Assembly (NCBI GenBank): GCA_963714975.1
Contig: CAVQQD010000002.1
Coordinates: 1 to 64,000, forward strand
Reading direction: 5' to 3'
Length of the DNA stretch: 64,000 bases
From: an uncultured Gammaproteobacteria bacterium
GTDB lineage: Bacteria; Pseudomonadota; Gammaproteobacteria; JAURND01
Part shown: one piece after another, positions 61,507 to 64,000 of the stretch
Position numbering within the stretch: the stretch's first letter is position 1
Layout: each line of letters begins with the position of its first letter
The notes under the pieces: generated by a model
Databases searched by the model: none
What the model was told of the DNA's origin: nothing
The model's input: only the letters and a program-made list of their open reading frames with translations
Made by a program: the position numbers and the translations under genes

Positions 61507-62000
61507 CCTTCTCGACCATACTGGGCATTGACCCGGGGTCACGCCTGACAGGTTATGGAATTATTAGTAGTGATGGTCAAAAGTTGCAGCATGTGGCACA
61601 TGGGGTTATCCCAGTGCAAGGCGCTAATTTGGCGGAGCAGCTTGCTATAATTTTTCAACAGATTTCAGCGGTTATCGACGAGCATCAACCCCATGAGGCC
61701 GCTATTGAACAAGTATTTATGGCAAAAAATCCGCAAAGTGCTCTTAAACTTGGCCAAGCACGGGGTGCAGCTATTGTCGCCATGGCTAATTGCAGTTTAC
61801 CCGTTACTGAATATTCTGCCCGCTTTATTAAAAAAGCTATTGTAGGCTTTGGGGCTGCAGCTAAGGACCAAATGCAATATATGGTAAAGTTATTACTTAG
61901 TTTAAATCAGGCACCTGCAGTAGATGCTGCTGATGCGCTTGCGGTAGCCATTTGCCATGCCCAAAGTCGAAGAATGTCTAGGATTTTGCAGCAATTATGA
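61503..62000 (+). CDS. ruvC: Holliday junction resolvase
   Basis: ILGIDPGSR, LKLGQARG and DAADALAVAICH. Confidence 0.97.
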   Translation: MTFSTILGIDPGSRLTGYGIISSDGQKLQHVAHGVIPVQGANLAEQLAIIFQQISAVIDEHQPHEAAIEQVFMAKNPQSALKLGQARGAAIVAMANCSLPVTEYSARFIKKAIVGFGAAAKDQMQYMVKLLLSLNQAPAVDAADALAVAICHAQSRRMSRILQQL

Positions 62001-62005
62001 AATTG

Positions 62006-62113
62006 CGTCGTCCCGAGTTCGTCATCCCGAGGGTGCCTGTTCGTCATCCCGAGCGAAGCGAGGGATCTCCTGCAACTGGTATGGAGATCCCTCGCTTCGC
62101 TCGGGATGACGAA
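62006..62113. repeat. REP-like palindromic element with two extra partial left ends
   Basis: Perfect 31-bp arms 62040-62070 / 62083-62113; extra cgtc(g/a)tcccgag copies at 62006 and 62020. Confidence 0.88.
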
Positions 62114-62139
62114 TGGGGCTATATTATAGGAATCAACGT

Positions 62140-62736
62140 ATGATTGGTCGTTTACGAGGAATTTTACTCGAAAAATCTCCTCCGCATTTATTATTAGATG
62201 TGCATGGTGTAGGTTATGAACTCGATGCCCCTATGTTCACTTTTTACCGTCTCCCTGAGATTGGCCAAGAAGCGCTGCTATATACGCACTTTATCGTGCG
62301 TGAAGATGCACAACTGCTCTATGGTTTTGCACAAGAAGAGGAGCGCACCCTGTTTCGGCACTTACTGAAAGTGAACGCAGTGGGTCCGAAACTGGCACTG
62401 GCCATTTTATCTGGGCTGGAACCGAATCAATTTGTCGCCATGGTGAAAGATAATAATGCCGCCAGTTTAATTAAAATTCCTGGGGTTGGTAAAAAAACTG
62501 CGGAACGGCTGGTGATTGAAATGCGTGATCGCTTGCAGAATTGGCAGTGGAATGTTCAAGCCCCTGGGGTGAATCCTTCTGCAGCCTCCGCGAATTTTGT
62601 TGCTGAAGAAGCAATCCACGCCTTGATTGCTCTAGGCTACAAACCCCAAGAAGCGCGCCAAGTTATCACCCCGCTGGTCAAAGAGCATCATTCCAGTGAA
62701 GAATTGATTCGGCACGCCTTACTCAATATGCTTTAA
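62140..62736 (+). CDS. ruvA: Holliday junction branch migration protein A
   Basis: MIGRLRG, GVGYE, LYGF and [11 protein letters not shown]. Confidence 0.97.
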   Translation: MIGRLRGILLEKSPPHLLLDVHGVGYELDAPMFTFYRLPEIGQEALLYTHFIVREDAQLLYGFAQEEERTLFRHLLKVNAVGPKLALAILSGLEPNQFVAMVKDNNAASLIKIPGVGKKTAERLVIEMRDRLQNWQWNVQAPGVNPSAASANFVAEEAIHALIALGYKPQEARQVITPLVKEHHSSEELIRHALLNML

Positions 62737-62753
62737 TTCCTAGCAATAAGGAA

Positions 62754-63746
62754 ATGGCGATGACAGAACGATTGATTACCGCAAATAGCCTCAGCGAAGA
62801 TTTACAATTGGATCGGGCAATGCGCCCCAAATTTCTGCGCGATTATATTGGTCAGTCTTTAGTACGCGAGCAAATGGAAATCTTCATCCAAGCCGCACGA
62901 CGACGCAATGAGGCCTTGGACCATGTGCTCATTTTCGGTCCCCCTGGGCTGGGTAAAACAACCTTAGCGCATATTATTGCCAATGAAATGGGGGTCGGTT
63001 TGAAACAAACCTCGGGTCCTGTGCTCGAAAAGCCAGGAGATTTGGCGGCTTTATTAACTCATTTGCAACCCAATGATGTGCTGTTTATTGATGAGATTCA
63101 CCGACTCAGCCCAGTCATTGAAGAAGTGCTCTATCCTGCCTTAGAAGACTACCAACTTGATATTTTGATTGGTGAAGGCCCTGCGGCACGCTCGATTAAG
63201 TTAGATCTTGCTCCTTTTACTTTAGTAGGCGCAACCACGCGCGCCGGGCTATTAACCTCGCCGCTACGTGACCGTTTTGGCATTGTGCAGAGACTCGAAT
63301 TTTATTCCGTAGAGGAGCTCACCTCCATCGTTCACCGCAGCGGACAAATCCTGGGCACCCTGATGAACACCGTGGGCGCGAACGAAATTGCCCGCCGTGC
63401 CAGAGGAACTCCTCGGATTGCAAATCGTTTGTTACGCCGTGTGCGTGATTTCGCGCAGATTAAAGCCGATGGTGAAATTAATGAAATCATCGCAGCGGCA
63501 GCCCTCGATCTGTTAAATGTTGACACCCAAGGTTTTGATACCATGGATCGCCGCTTGCTGTTGACCATCATCGACAAATTTGACGGCGGCCCAGTCGGCC
63601 TGGAAACTTTATCCGCTGCCATTGGAGAACCCACTGATACCATTGAAGAAGTACTAGAGCCCTATTTAATTCAACAAGGTTTTATCCAACGCACCCCTCG
63701 AGGTCGAGTGGCTGCTCAATCTGCTTATCTTCATTTTAAAAAATGA
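62754..63746 (+). CDS. ruvB: Holliday junction branch migration helicase B
   Basis: [19 protein letters not shown] and GATTRAG. Confidence 0.98.
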   Translation: MAMTERLITANSLSEDLQLDRAMRPKFLRDYIGQSLVREQMEIFIQAARRRNEALDHVLIFGPPGLGKTTLAHIIANEMGVGLKQTSGPVLEKPGDLAALLTHLQPNDVLFIDEIHRLSPVIEEVLYPALEDYQLDILIGEGPAARSIKLDLAPFTLVGATTRAGLLTSPLRDRFGIVQRLEFYSVEELTSIVHRSGQILGTLMNTVGANEIARRARGTPRIANRLLRRVRDFAQIKADGEINEIIAAAALDLLNVDTQGFDTMDRRLLLTIIDKFDGGPVGLETLSAAIGEPTDTIEEVLEPYLIQQGFIQRTPRGRVAAQSAYLHFKK

Positions 63747-63851
63747 AATAGCTGGCAGAATTAATTACACCCAATTGGAACTGCACTATTGCTTGCTGCC
63801 GCAATTTCCCTTAGAATCACTCACCCTGAATCGATTTTACTGGAGTCTATT

Positions 63852-64000
63852 ATGTATGCGGTTATCATCACTGGCGGGAAGCAATATCATGTTGCAGAAG
63901 GTCAGGTATTAAAGTTAGAAAAATTACCCTTTGAAGTAGGGCAGGAATTTGCATTTGATCAAGTGCTTTTGGTCAGTGCGGGAGACAATGTGCAGTTGGG
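63852..64000 (+). CDS. rplU: 50S ribosomal protein L21 (partial, runs off the window)
   Basis: GGAG RBS; [25 protein letters not shown]. Confidence 0.93.
   Translation, partial: MYAVIITGGKQYHVAEGQVLKLEKLPFEVGQEFAFDQVLLVSAGDNVQL

Noticed and set aside
149-63643. Numerous 60-155 aa ORFs antisense to or overlapping well-supported genes
   Set aside because: Shadow ORFs with no motifs or translation signals.

Overview
Genomic window from a gammaproteobacterium whose gene content suggests a Legionellales-like, host- or amoeba-associated organism (inference). Positions 1-46.9 kb are accessory DNA ending at a tRNA-Lys(UUU). They contain: a decayed kinase-NACHT-pentapeptide-WD40 gene split by an intact IS1380-family element; a tyrosine recombinase preceded by a ~520-nt densely base-paired non-coding leader; a eukaryote-like kinase/ankyrin effector with an orphan C-terminal cassette; an operon encoding a cyclodipeptide synthase, a PQ-loop/SemiSWEET-fused histidine kinase and an atypical receiver, divergent from a formylating two-module NRPS (predicted formyl-D-Phe-Gly) coupled to a hybrid sensor kinase; an SF1 helicase-ankyrin protein; a 2540-aa multidomain effector; and a grounded phage-satellite-like replication module. 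Positions 47-64 kb are mostly core genes (queE, cpoB, pal, tolBARQ, a GH3 hydrolase, pilMNOQ, ruvCAB, start of rplU), interrupted by an array of small paralogous two-TM proteins and a Wip-like phosphatase. Several palindromic repeat families occur throughout, some nested and inserted in frame in proteins. The strongest candidates for an undescribed system are the structured RNA plus recombinase unit and the back-to-back peptide-synthase/sensor-kinase locus. All calls come from manual motif reading and manual folding; no searches were run.
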